A stretch of DNA of 64,000 nucleotides, taken from the NCBI GenBank assembly GCA_041667245.1, contig JBAYFJ010000001.1, forward strand, positions 4,489 through 68,488, in the 5' to 3' direction. The notes below the pieces were generated by a model. The model was not told the DNA's origin. It did not search any database and saw nothing but the letters and a program-made list of their open reading frames with translations. Origin of the DNA: Bacteroidales bacterium. Lineage in GTDB: Bacteria > Bacteroidota > Bacteroidia > Bacteroidales > UBA932. The stretch's first letter is position 1. Every line of letters starts with the position of its first letter. Shown here one piece after another: positions 47,599-57,118 of the stretch. The translations under genes and the position numbers were made by a program.

Positions 47599-48063
47599 AT
47601 GCCAAAATTTTCAAGAAGCGGTAAAAAAGAATTACCAGGGATAACATCCGCTTCACTTTCGGATATTGTCTTTATGTTTTTGTTCTTCTTTATGGTGACT
47701 ACACAGTTGCGTAAGACTGAGAACAAAGTAATGGTCAAGTTGCCTGAGGCGACTGAGATCGCAAAACTTGAAAGGAAGGATTTAGCTTCTTACATTTACA
47801 TCGGTGCCCCTATATCGAGCCTTAGGGCTCAGTTCGGTACCGAGTCCCGTATCCAGCTGAACGATTCATTCAAGACGACTGCGGACATCCGTGACTTTAT
47901 CGCGGCCGAACGTGAGTCGAAGAGCGAGGCCGACAAACAGTTTATGACTGTTTCAATCAAAGGCGACCAGGACACTCGTATGGGTATCATATCTGACGTG
48001 AAACAAGAGCTTCGTCGTTGCTCCGCACTTAAAATTATGTATGGGGCAAGGAAAGCGGAATAA
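47599..48063 (+). CDS. exbD: ExbD/TolR-family protein 2
   Basis: ASL.DIVFM.LFFFMV.T, LP.A, IK.D..T.MG...DVKQELR. Confidence 0.9.
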   Translation: MPKFSRSGKKELPGITSASLSDIVFMFLFFFMVTTQLRKTENKVMVKLPEATEIAKLERKDLASYIYIGAPISSLRAQFGTESRIQLNDSFKTTADIRDFIAAERESKSEADKQFMTVSIKGDQDTRMGIISDVKQELRRCSALKIMYGARKAE

Positions 48064-48080
48064 AAATTCCGTCTTACTAT

Positions 48081-48117
48081 AAAAAAAGAGTGATCGAATT
48101 TCGGTCACTCTTTTTTT
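48081..48117. terminator. Bidirectional intrinsic terminator
   Basis: AAAAAAAGAGTGATCGA-ATT-TCGGTCACTCTTTTTTT between convergent genes. Confidence 0.88.
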
Positions 48118-48135
48118 GTAGTAGTTGATGAGAAA

Positions 48136-49317
48136 CTATCTGTCCACCTCAACGAAAGGGGACGCCTTTGAACCGGTCCACTTGTAGAGACGGGCGTTGC
48201 AGTTGTTGGTCTTATCCTTGTTCTTAGAGTTCTCAGAGATGTAGAAATAGCCTCCTCCAAGAGGGCAAAGTCCTGTGCTACCCCACTTGAAATGCCATCC
48301 GTAAGTACCTGACGCCGAATCGAAATGCCCGTCCTTGGCAAGGCTAAGCTGCTCTACGGGAGCACTATAGGGATCATGACGAAGAGCCGAGGAAAAGGCC
48401 TTGGCCTTGACATCCAAAGAGAACAGATCGTAATTTGGGAACTGAGGCTTGCGGCCTTTGTAGACGGCAAGAAGAATCTTACCCGTGAAAGAATCGTAAG
48501 CCATATTCTGAATCCCGTAATTGGTGTTACCCGTGTACAGGAAATACTTGTGAAGAGGGGAAGCCGGCCCCGAAGAATGAATCTGTCCGAACTTGACAGG
48601 CCTCTCGTAAGAAGCCCAAGAGGTCACATCATACTGAAGCAGAACTTGATAGTCGTTGTCCTTCCTATTAAGGTCACCGTAGATGCCGTAGCCGACGTAA
48701 AGAAAAAGCTTTGGTTTGCGCGAACGGTCTCCTACAGCGGGCGCGAAAGTGACTCCGTCAATTCCCGAACAGCCGTATCTGTGATCAGTACCGTCAGGAT
48801 TGACCGCTCCGTAATCCTGAGCCGCCTCCTTGACATAAACGGTTGTCATCACGCCGTCTTTCTCCGGATTCATTCCCATACGCGTAAGTTTCTTGACATC
48901 GATTACCGCAATGTAAAAAACAGAACTGCCTTTGGTCACTTTGTCAACATTCATCTTGTTGGCTATTCCATTGCCGATCTCATCATCCTTGCACTCCAGA
49001 GAAGCATAGACCTTACCGTCCTCAGGATTCAGAGTCATAGCCCCGAGATGCCCCTCAATGCCTTCAATCGTGGCAAGGACCTTACCCGACAAATCCGTTT
49101 TTATGAACATACTCGTGAACGAAAAGTACATACAGTCGTTAGCCCTATCAAGAGCGAGCCCCTGAACGTGAAACATCTGATTGCCCACATACACGGAATC
49201 AGGCAGATTGTCAAGTAATGAACTGTGCCTGCACGACCCTTGGCAAGGCACAAAAGTCAGGACGGTCAAAAGCAATGAAAGCAAGAAGACCGTCGAAGAT
49301 TGAAATTTATTTTTCAT
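48136..49317 (-). CDS. Exported hypothetical protein, probable beta-propeller
   Basis: Signal peptide with possible lipid Cys; blade-like units HVQGLALD, HLGAMTLN, GIDGVTF, GIQNMAYD, GSTGLCPL. Confidence 0.65.
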   Translation of the reverse strand: MKNKFQSSTVFLLSLLLTVLTFVPCQGSCRHSSLLDNLPDSVYVGNQMFHVQGLALDRANDCMYFSFTSMFIKTDLSGKVLATIEGIEGHLGAMTLNPEDGKVYASLECKDDEIGNGIANKMNVDKVTKGSSVFYIAVIDVKKLTRMGMNPEKDGVMTTVYVKEAAQDYGAVNPDGTDHRYGCSGIDGVTFAPAVGDRSRKPKLFLYVGYGIYGDLNRKDNDYQVLLQYDVTSWASYERPVKFGQIHSSGPASPLHKYFLYTGNTNYGIQNMAYDSFTGKILLAVYKGRKPQFPNYDLFSLDVKAKAFSSALRHDPYSAPVEQLSLAKDGHFDSASGTYGWHFKWGSTGLCPLGGGYFYISENSKNKDKTNNCNARLYKWTGSKASPFVEVDR

Positions 49318-49329
49318 AATTATGTGTAA

Positions 49330-50613
49330 TTAAAAATTATCCTGTCTCAGTCGCGCCCAAGGAATTATTCCGGCTGGAGCCTGCTTGTGTTCAAGGAACT
49401 CCTTCATCTTGTCCATATATGGAGCCACGTGAGCGTAGAACTTGTAATACCCCGCGCAAAGAGCGTTAAGTCCCGTCTCTCCCGCCTCGGTCCTGTTGAA
49501 ACGGTGCTTTGGACACTCTCCGTTGCAGGCGAAAAGGTAGTCGCATCGAAGGCATTTTCTTGGCAGAGTGTTGCGCTTGTTAATGCCGAAACTCGTCTGA
49601 GCCTGACTTGCCATCATTTCCCTTATGCCGGAGGTCGTTATGTTCCCCAATTTGTACTTGGGATAGACGAAATGGTCGCAAGGATAAAGGTCGCCGTTAT
49701 GCTCAATGACAGAATTTCCTCCGCAGGTCTGGGCGAAAACGCAGGTCCCCGGCTGGGCTCCGCACCAATTCGCCAAAGTAGCGTCGAATTCATTCACGAA
49801 GTACTGCCCTACGTCATTTCTAACCCAATAATCGAAGATGTCACACAGAAACTTGCCGAAAGCGATGTCACTTACTGACCAAAAGGCAAGTACAGCACCT
49901 TCTTCAGAAGGATCCACGATGTGGGGACGAGCGTTCTTGATCGGCTTTCCTGAAGCGCTCAAAGGATATTTGACGTGCTCGACGACCGGCATAAACTGCA
50001 TATACTGACTGCCCACTGACTTGAGGAATTGATATATCTCCAATCCCCTGCCTTCGCTCGCCTTGTTCACCGTGGACATTGTGTTGAACTGAACACCTGT
50101 CCTTCTTAGTATGTCCAGGCCACGCATCACCCTATCGAAAGTAGGCGCCCCGCCTTTGTCCTTGCGATACTTGTTGTGGACATCCTCAGGTCCGTCCAAC
50201 GATATTCCTATCAAGAAGTTGTGAGCTTTGAAGAAATCCGCCCATTCTTGTGTGACCAGAGTGCCGTTGGTCTGCAGTGTGTTAAGTATATTCTTCCCGT
50301 CAGCATATTTCCTTTCCAGCTCAATCGCCTTTTTGTAAAAATCCAGCCCCAAAACCAAGGGTTCGCCACCGTGCCAGTTGAACTGAACATCAGGAACCTC
50401 GTTGGCCTTGATATATTCCCGAATCACATTCTCCAGCATCTCCTCCGACATCCTCGGTTCCTTTCCGCCGTAGATTTCGGATTTGTCAAGATAGTAGCAG
50501 TAATGGCAATCCAGATTGCACAGAGACCCCGCAGGCTTCAGCATAATGTTGAATGCCATCGGACCTGAGAGTCTGACGGCATCCGACAATGTAATCGTGT
50601 CCTTGACGCTCAT
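49330..50613 (-). CDS. Anaerobic sulfatase-maturating radical SAM enzyme (anSME/ChuR-like)
   Basis: KP.G..CNLDCHYCYY, WHGGEP, QTNG, SLDGP..H, SPASM cysteines (C....CG, YPCDH, C..C.....C.GECPK). Confidence 0.93.
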   Translation of the reverse strand: MSVKDTITLSDAVRLSGPMAFNIMLKPAGSLCNLDCHYCYYLDKSEIYGGKEPRMSEEMLENVIREYIKANEVPDVQFNWHGGEPLVLGLDFYKKAIELERKYADGKNILNTLQTNGTLVTQEWADFFKAHNFLIGISLDGPEDVHNKYRKDKGGAPTFDRVMRGLDILRRTGVQFNTMSTVNKASEGRGLEIYQFLKSVGSQYMQFMPVVEHVKYPLSASGKPIKNARPHIVDPSEEGAVLAFWSVSDIAFGKFLCDIFDYWVRNDVGQYFVNEFDATLANWCGAQPGTCVFAQTCGGNSVIEHNGDLYPCDHFVYPKYKLGNITTSGIREMMASQAQTSFGINKRNTLPRKCLRCDYLFACNGECPKHRFNRTEAGETGLNALCAGYYKFYAHVAPYMDKMKEFLEHKQAPAGIIPWARLRQDNF

Positions 50614-51960
50614 TTACTTGTCAAGTCTACTCTGAATGGCAGCGGTCTGCTCCTCGAAACCCGGCTTGTGAAGCAGCGCGAACATATTCTTCTTGTAAGC
50701 CTCGACTCCCGGCTGATTGAAAGGATTGACTCCGAGAATATAGGCGCTTACACCGCAGGCGAACTCAAAGAAATAGAACAGCCCTCCGAGATTGAATGCG
50801 TTTATCTTCTCGATGGAAACCTCAAGCTGAGGCACGCCACCGTCAATGTGAGCAAGTTTTGTCCCCAGTTCGGCCATAGCGTTGCAATGCTCCACGTGCT
50901 GTCCTGAGAGATAATTGAGCTGATCAAGATTCTGAGAATCGCTGCCTATTACGACGCTGCGATTGCTCTTGCTGATGTTGACCACGGTCTCGAACATCAG
51001 ACGGTCACCGTCCTGAATGAACTGTCCCATTGAATGAAGATCTGTGGTAAAATTCACGGACGCCGGGAAAATGCCCTTCTTGTCCTTGCCTTCCGACTCA
51101 CCGTAAAGCTGTTTCCACCACTCGCCGAGATACTGGAATTTTGGATTGAAAGAAACCAGAACCTCGACTTTCTTACCATATTTCGAATAAAGAAGATTTC
51201 TCATAGCAGCATATTCCACGGCAGGATTGGTCTCGCTCTTAACCGCAAGCGCCTTTTCCATCTCAATCGCGCCCGAGAGAATCTCGCGGACATTAAAACC
51301 GGCTACTACAATCGGAAGAATGCCCACCGGAGTGAGAACCGAGAAACGTCCTCCAACATTGTCAGGAACCACGAAAGTCTCGTAGCCTTCCTGAGAAGCG
51401 AGAACTTTGAGCGCTCCTTTGCGCGCGTCAGTGATTGCTACAATCCTCAATGCGGCCTCTTTCTGACCGTATCTTTCCTCAATGTGAGCCTTGATGATCC
51501 TGAATGCAACGGCAGGTTCCGTGGTGGTGCCTGATTTTGAGATGACGATTGTGGCGACATTTCTTTCTTTGACCAGATCCATAAGCTCGCTGATGTACTC
51601 CTCTGAAAGATTATTGCCTGCGAAAACCACTTCAGGATAGTCCTTCTTGCCGCCAAGCTGCTTGGCGAAATTGTGAGACAGAGCCTCGATCGCGCATCTT
51701 GCTCCGAGATAAGAGCCTCCGATGCCGATGACGACCACGAGATTCACACCTTTCGCAACCCATTTGTCACGGACGGCCTCACACGCATCAACAAGTGAAT
51801 CAGGAGTTTCAGACGGAAGATTCTTCCAACCGAGAAAATCATTTCCTGCGCCTTTTCCGGACTCAAGTGTGTCGAAAGCGGTCAACGCCTTGCCGACATA
51901 TTCTTTATAATCAACATCTTTAACGAAAGAGCCGCAGCCCTTCAAATCAACTTTAATCAT
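50614..51960 (-). CDS. pgi: Glucose-6-phosphate isomerase
   Basis: GIGGSYLG, SKSGTT.E, VGGRFSVL, QL.GESEGK, DLHSMGQ, PFNQPGVE.YK. Confidence 0.96.
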   Translation of the reverse strand: MIKVDLKGCGSFVKDVDYKEYVGKALTAFDTLESGKGAGNDFLGWKNLPSETPDSLVDACEAVRDKWVAKGVNLVVVIGIGGSYLGARCAIEALSHNFAKQLGGKKDYPEVVFAGNNLSEEYISELMDLVKERNVATIVISKSGTTTEPAVAFRIIKAHIEERYGQKEAALRIVAITDARKGALKVLASQEGYETFVVPDNVGGRFSVLTPVGILPIVVAGFNVREILSGAIEMEKALAVKSETNPAVEYAAMRNLLYSKYGKKVEVLVSFNPKFQYLGEWWKQLYGESEGKDKKGIFPASVNFTTDLHSMGQFIQDGDRLMFETVVNISKSNRSVVIGSDSQNLDQLNYLSGQHVEHCNAMAELGTKLAHIDGGVPQLEVSIEKINAFNLGGLFYFFEFACGVSAYILGVNPFNQPGVEAYKKNMFALLHKPGFEEQTAAIQSRLDK

Positions 51961-52106
51961 AGTATTAGTGAAATTTGTAATTCAACATCCGACTTCCGGG
52001 GAGGAAGCATCTGCAAATTTATCTTTTTTTATCCGAAATATCTATTATTATGAATATATTTGTAAAAGAAAGGGAGAATAATTCTAAAAACATTAATAAC
52101 ATTTAT

Positions 52107-55100
52107 ATGATTCCGATTAAACACCTAATTGCAGCCGTCGCGACGCTACTGACCTTATTCTCAAGTTCAGTTCTGATGGCTCAGTCTTCAAGTATTCAAC
52201 CTCAAAACAAGATCGCCATTGCCGCTCACCGCGGTTTTTGGAAAACAGAAGCGGCAGGGATGGCTCAGAACAGCATCGCATCTCTGAAAGCCGCTCAGGA
52301 CAACCGGTTCTGGGGAAGCGAGTGCGATGTCCAGCTGACAAGCGATGATGTCATCCTCGTCAACCACGACAACACCATTCAAGAGACCTCAATCTGGTAC
52401 AATCCTTATTCAGTGCTCAAAGAAAAGACTCTGGCCAACGGCGAGCACCCATCGACATTGGACCAGTATCTCGACCAGACCAATCTTTCTGAAACGACAG
52501 TGCTCGTTCTCGAATTGAAAGCTCAGGAGAATGCTGACAGGGAGATTCTTCTGGTGGACAAATGCCTTCAGACAATCAAAAGCCACAATCTTTACAACAC
52601 TTCCAGAATCATCTTCATTTCATTCAGCATTAACATTTGCAAGAAACTTGCAAAGGACGCTCCTAACTTTATGGTGCAGTACCTCGCAGGGGATATGACG
52701 CCGACACAGCTGCACGAGTTCGGCATCGGCGGAATAGATTACGAGCAGCACGTGCTTCAGAAGCATCCGGACTATGTCAGCGAAGCTCACGGTTTAGGAA
52801 TGGAAGTGAACGCTTGGACAGTCAACAAAGAGGCTGACATCCGAAAAATGATTGATCTCGGCGTCGACTGCATCACCACCAACGAGCCGCTTCTCGTCAG
52901 AGAGATGCTCGGCGAAAGAGAAATCCGCATTGCGGCTCCTGAGAAAGATAACCCGAAGGCCAATCCCATCGCGGAAGTGAGAAAGGGAAACGTCCGTTTC
53001 ACCGTGCTGACTTCCAGACTAATACGAATGGAATGGTCCGAGAACGGACAATTCGAGGACAGAGCCACGCTCGGAATAGTCAACAGAAATCTTCCGGTTC
53101 CCCCGTTCTCTTCCAAAATTAACGGAAACAAGATCACCATCAGGACTTCCGATCTTACCCTGACTTACAACGGTGATGGAAAATTCGATGAGAACAACCT
53201 CTCAGTCACTTTCAATATGACTGACAAAAGCAGCAGAAACGGTTCCAAAAAGGTCACCTGGCACCCTGGAGCGGACGATTCAGGCAACCTGCTCGGCACT
53301 TGCAGAACGCTGGACCGCTGCGACGGGGAGAAAACTATGGACCCATTTGACAAAGGAGTTATTTCCAAAGACGGCTGGGCTGTTATAGACGAAAGCGAAA
53401 GACAGGTTATGGCTGCCGACGATTCTGACTGGCACAATTGGGTGGCCGAGAGAGACTCTTCCGCAAAGCAGGATCTGTATATGTTCGCTTACGGCCACGA
53501 CTACAAGGCTGCTGTCTCCGATTTTACGAAAATCGGCGGAAAGATTCCTCTTCCTCCCAAATATTCCCTCGGCTACTGGTGGTGCCGCTACTGGCAGTAC
53601 TCCGACTTCGAGTTCATCAATCTCGCCAAAGAGATTCGCTCTTTCGACATTCCGATTGATGTGATGGTTCTTGATATGGACTGGCACTACATTTCTTGGC
53701 CGGACATCCCGACAAAAGAAGGCAAAGACGAGTTCGGACAAGGTATCGGCTGGACAGGCTACACTTGGAACAATTCTCTTTTTCCGAATCCTGCCAACTG
53801 TCTCGCCGACTTGCATCATCTCGGCCTCAAGACCACTCTCAATCTTCACCCGGCCTCCGGAATACGCACTTTCGAAGAGCCTTATCAAAGATTCGTAAAG
53901 GATTATCTATCAAGGACTTCTGACTATGATGGTCCGAAAGACTTCATCAAAGAAGACGGCAGCAAGGCTTCCGTTCCTTTCAGAATAGACCAGCAGGCAT
54001 GGGCAGACGCTTATTTCAATTCCGTGATCCATCCTTTGGAAAAGCAGGGCGTGGATTTCTGGTGGCTGGACTGGCAGCAGTGGAAACTCAGTAAATACGT
54101 ACCGGGCCTCAGCAACACGTTCTGGCTCAACTTCACTTTCTTCAACGATATGGTGCGCAAAAGTGCAAAAGACGGCATCTACGCTCAAAGGCCGATGATC
54201 TACCATCGCTGGGGCGGCATCGGAAGCCATCGTTATCAGATTGGATTCTCAGGCGACACCTACGCCACATGGAAAGTTCTGGGCTATCTTCCTTACTTCA
54301 CATCCACCGCCTCGAATGTGGGATACGGCTATTGGGGTCACGACATCGGCGGACACATGCAGCACAAAACCACAATTCCGAAAGTCACTAATCCTGAACT
54401 TTACACGAGATGGCTCCAGTACGGAGTGTTCACCCCTATTTTCAAGACTCACTCCACAAAGGATATGACAATGGAGAAGAGATTCTGGATGTTCCCTGAA
54501 TACTTCGATGCGATGAGAAAGGCCATAAGGCTTCGCTATTCTCTGTCCCCTTACATCTACAATGCGGCGCGTCAGACCTACGATTCAGGCATATCTATGT
54601 GCCGCCCGATGTACTACGACTACGCCGAGAATGAGAATTCCTACTCCTACAAACAGCAGTATATGTTCGGCGACGACATCCTTGCCACGGTGATATGCGA
54701 GCCTGCCGATTCTGTCACAGGTCTTTCTCAAAGAAGCGTCTGGCTTCCTGATGGCGACAAGTGGTACGATATGGCCACAGGCAAGATGTACGAAGGCGGC
54801 TCTACTGCCACGCTAAGCTACACAATTGACGAAAATCCTTATTTTGTCAGGGCCGGGGCCATAATTCCAATGGCATCTGAGCACATTTCCTCGCTTCAGG
54901 TCAAGAGCAACGAATTACGACTTTTCGTAGCTCCTGGCGATGGACAAAGCGAGACTTCTGTTTATGAGGACGATGGCTCCACTCAGGCCTACAAAACCGA
55001 ATTCGCCACCACAAAAATAAACAAGACCTCAGACGCCCAATCTGTCACCGTCACCATTGCCCCTCGCGAAGGCTCTTATGCCGAGGCTGATTCGAAAAGG

Positions 55101-55583
55101 CTGATTAGAGTTGTTCTGGAAGGCGTTTTCGCACCGAGCGAAGTCACAGTGAACGGAGAGAAAGTTAATTACGACCGTTTCGCCGATTATGACACCGCAA
55201 GTGACAAGTCTCTTGCGGTATGGTCTTATGACGGGACTAATCTTTCGGCTACCGTGTACGTTCCTGAGAAGAGCGTTTCCGAAGAGGTAATCGTGAGATG
55301 TTCCTACGATGCTTCACAGGACGCCGCTCTGATTTTCGGGAAGAAAGGACTGATTCACAGGATGATGGCTCTCACTCCAGAGGCCAAACTTCAGCTGAGA
55401 CTCGCCAATCTGCCTACTGATTTCCTCAACATAGCACAATGCGGAAGCTACATTACAGAAGACCCTATGAATTCAACCAAGTATCTGAAACAGATAGACA
55501 TAGAGGCTGCGGACAAAAGTTTCGACGGCACCAGCGCCGACGCCGGATTCATCTCCGAAGTTAAGTCCCTGTTGAAACTGTAA
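52107..55583 (+). CDS. Secreted fusion of glycerophosphodiester phosphodiesterase (GDPD) and GH31 glycoside hydrolase
   Basis: Signal peptide MA|Q. GDPD motifs AHRG, E.DV..T.D...V.HD, ELK, WTVN, ITTN.P. GH31 motifs VLDMDWH, WWLDWQQ, FSGDT, HDIGGH, RW.Q.G, YEDDG. -7 TATATTTG at 52055-52062 supports start 52107. Confidence 0.88.
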   Translation: MIPIKHLIAAVATLLTLFSSSVLMAQSSSIQPQNKIAIAAHRGFWKTEAAGMAQNSIASLKAAQDNRFWGSECDVQLTSDDVILVNHDNTIQETSIWYNPYSVLKEKTLANGEHPSTLDQYLDQTNLSETTVLVLELKAQENADREILLVDKCLQTIKSHNLYNTSRIIFISFSINICKKLAKDAPNFMVQYLAGDMTPTQLHEFGIGGIDYEQHVLQKHPDYVSEAHGLGMEVNAWTVNKEADIRKMIDLGVDCITTNEPLLVREMLGEREIRIAAPEKDNPKANPIAEVRKGNVRFTVLTSRLIRMEWSENGQFEDRATLGIVNRNLPVPPFSSKINGNKITIRTSDLTLTYNGDGKFDENNLSVTFNMTDKSSRNGSKKVTWHPGADDSGNLLGTCRTLDRCDGEKTMDPFDKGVISKDGWAVIDESERQVMAADDSDWHNWVAERDSSAKQDLYMFAYGHDYKAAVSDFTKIGGKIPLPPKYSLGYWWCRYWQYSDFEFINLAKEIRSFDIPIDVMVLDMDWHYISWPDIPTKEGKDEFGQGIGWTGYTWNNSLFPNPANCLADLHHLGLKTTLNLHPASGIRTFEEPYQRFVKDYLSRTSDYDGPKDFIKEDGSKASVPFRIDQQAWADAYFNSVIHPLEKQGVDFWWLDWQQWKLSKYVPGLSNTFWLNFTFFNDMVRKSAKDGIYAQRPMIYHRWGGIGSHRYQIGFSGDTYATWKVLGYLPYFTSTASNVGYGYWGHDIGGHMQHKTTIPKVTNPELYTRWLQYGVFTPIFKTHSTKDMTMEKRFWMFPEYFDAMRKAIRLRYSLSPYIYNAARQTYDSGISMCRPMYYDYAENENSYSYKQQYMFGDDILATVICEPADSVTGLSQRSVWLPDGDKWYDMATGKMYEGGSTATLSYTIDENPYFVRAGAIIPMASEHISSLQVKSNELRLFVAPGDGQSETSVYEDDGSTQAYKTEFATTKINKTSDAQSVTVTIAPREGSYAEADSKRLIRVVLEGVFAPSEVTVNGEKVNYDRFADYDTASDKSLAVWSYDGTNLSATVYVPEKSVSEEVIVRCSYDASQDAALIFGKKGLIHRMMALTPEAKLQLRLANLPTDFLNIAQCGSYITEDPMNSTKYLKQIDIEAADKSFDGTSADAGFISEVKSLLKL

Positions 55584-55607
55584 GCCACACTCTCACATAC
55601 ATCAAAC

Positions 55608-55640
55608 AAAGGCCGGGTCCTCGAAAGGGTTCGGCCTTTA
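55608..55640. terminator. Hairpin terminator between convergent genes
   Basis: AAAGGCCGGGTCCT-CGAA-AGGGTTCGGCCTTT (several G-U pairs, short U-tracts). Confidence 0.7.
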
Positions 55641-55655
55641 TAATGTTAAGAAATC

Positions 55656-56597
55656 CTATTGCAGGTTTTTCAACGCTTTGGAGACACGCTCCTCTATTGT
55701 AGCGTCGGTGTAAGGCTCGCGGTTGAACTTTTCACCGGTAATGCGCTCATAAAGCTCTATGTACCTGTCAGAGATGTTAGCCACTACTTCAGAGGTCATT
55801 TCGGGAACTTTTTGTCCTTCCTGCCCTTGGAAGCCGCCTGACATCAGCCACTCGCGCACAAATTCCTTCGAAAGCTGCTTCTGATGCTCTCCTTTTGCAA
55901 GACGCTCCTCATAACCATCAGCATAATAGTAGCGCGACGAATCAGGAGTGTGAACCTCGTCCATAAGATAGATTACGCCGTCTCTCTTGCCAAACTCATA
56001 CTTGGTGTCCACAAGAATGAGACCCATCTTTGACGCAATCTCAGAACCCCTTTTGAAGATGGCTTGAGTATACTTTTCAATCTGCCCGTAATCCTCGCGG
56101 CTAACGAGGCCACTTGCGATTATGTCCTCTTTGGAGATGTCCTCATCGTGCCCAGCGGCCGCTTTGGATGAAGGAGTTATGATAGGCTCAGGGAACTTCT
56201 GTCCCTCAACCATACCGTCAGGCATTCTCACTCCGCAGATAACCCTTTTGCCTTCCCTGTACTCTCGCCAAGAGTGTCCGGCCAGATAACCGCGGATCAC
56301 CATCTCCACTTTGAAAGGCTCGCATTTGTAGCCTATTGTGACATTCGGATCCGGAACGGCAATCTTCCAGTTGGGAAGAATGTCCGCGGTTGCGTCCAGA
56401 AATTTCGCTGCTATCAAATTCAGGACCTGTCCCTTGAACGGAATCCCTTTCGGCAAAACGACGTCGAAGGCTGAAATCCTGTCCGAGACCAACATCACGA
56501 GGTACTTGTCGTCAATGTCATAGACATCACGAACCTTTCCCACATATTTCCCGACCTGATTCTGAAAATGAAAATCAGTTTTTACAATTGCTTCCAT
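55656..56597 (-). CDS. purC: SAICAR synthetase
   Basis: [55 protein letters not shown]. Confidence 0.96.
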   Translation of the reverse strand: MEAIVKTDFHFQNQVGKYVGKVRDVYDIDDKYLVMLVSDRISAFDVVLPKGIPFKGQVLNLIAAKFLDATADILPNWKIAVPDPNVTIGYKCEPFKVEMVIRGYLAGHSWREYREGKRVICGVRMPDGMVEGQKFPEPIITPSSKAAAGHDEDISKEDIIASGLVSREDYGQIEKYTQAIFKRGSEIASKMGLILVDTKYEFGKRDGVIYLMDEVHTPDSSRYYYADGYEERLAKGEHQKQLSKEFVREWLMSGGFQGQEGQKVPEMTSEVVANISDRYIELYERITGEKFNREPYTDATIEERVSKALKNLQ

Positions 56598-56647
56598 ATA
56601 CGATTATAATTAATAATTTCGAGATGATTCAACCTTGCAAATATACT

Positions 56648-57115
56648 TTATTTCCTCATAAGATTGTCCACAATCGGAGCCACGACATCATAATTATATC
56701 CTCTCGAAAGAGCGAAACGGAGCAATTTCAACTTGCAATCCTTGTCCTCCTTCAAAAGACGGTGCTTGGCGCTCAGAATAGACTCCAACTTATCTGAAGC
56801 CTTGTGGCTGTCTATCTCTTCCATTGCTGAGTTGATAACATCCTTAGCTATGCCTTTCGCCGATAGCATATAACTTATTTTTACAGGCCCCCAACCCGAA
56901 AGCGAGGACTTGTCTCGGGCAAAAGCGCAGGCATACCTGTAATCATCCAGAAACTTGTCCTCAACTAAGGAGGCCACGAGTTTTGCCGCGGTTTCCCTGT
57001 CCCCATCAAGAGCTATGACGGCTTTATTGTAAATGTCTGAGGAGCAGCACTCTTTCTTGGAACATTGAGCCTGCATTCTGCCGAGCACAATAGAATAATA
57101 TTCTTCTGTGTCCAT
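56648..57115 (-). CDS. recX: Regulatory protein RecX
   Basis: CS..E.C, FLDD.RYA..FARDK....WG..KI...L..KGI, RFALSRGY. Confidence 0.9.
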   Translation of the reverse strand: MDTEEYYSIVLGRMQAQCSKKECCSSDIYNKAVIALDGDRETAAKLVASLVEDKFLDDYRYACAFARDKSSLSGWGPVKISYMLSAKGIAKDVINSAMEEIDSHKASDKLESILSAKHRLLKEDKDCKLKLLRFALSRGYNYDVVAPIVDNLMRK

Positions 57116-57118
57116 AAT

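Noticed and set aside
48325-49218. 297-aa plus-strand ORF antisense to the exported hypothetical protein
   Set aside because: No recognisable motifs; lies wholly within a gene that has a signal peptide and operon context. Read as a codon-bias shadow.
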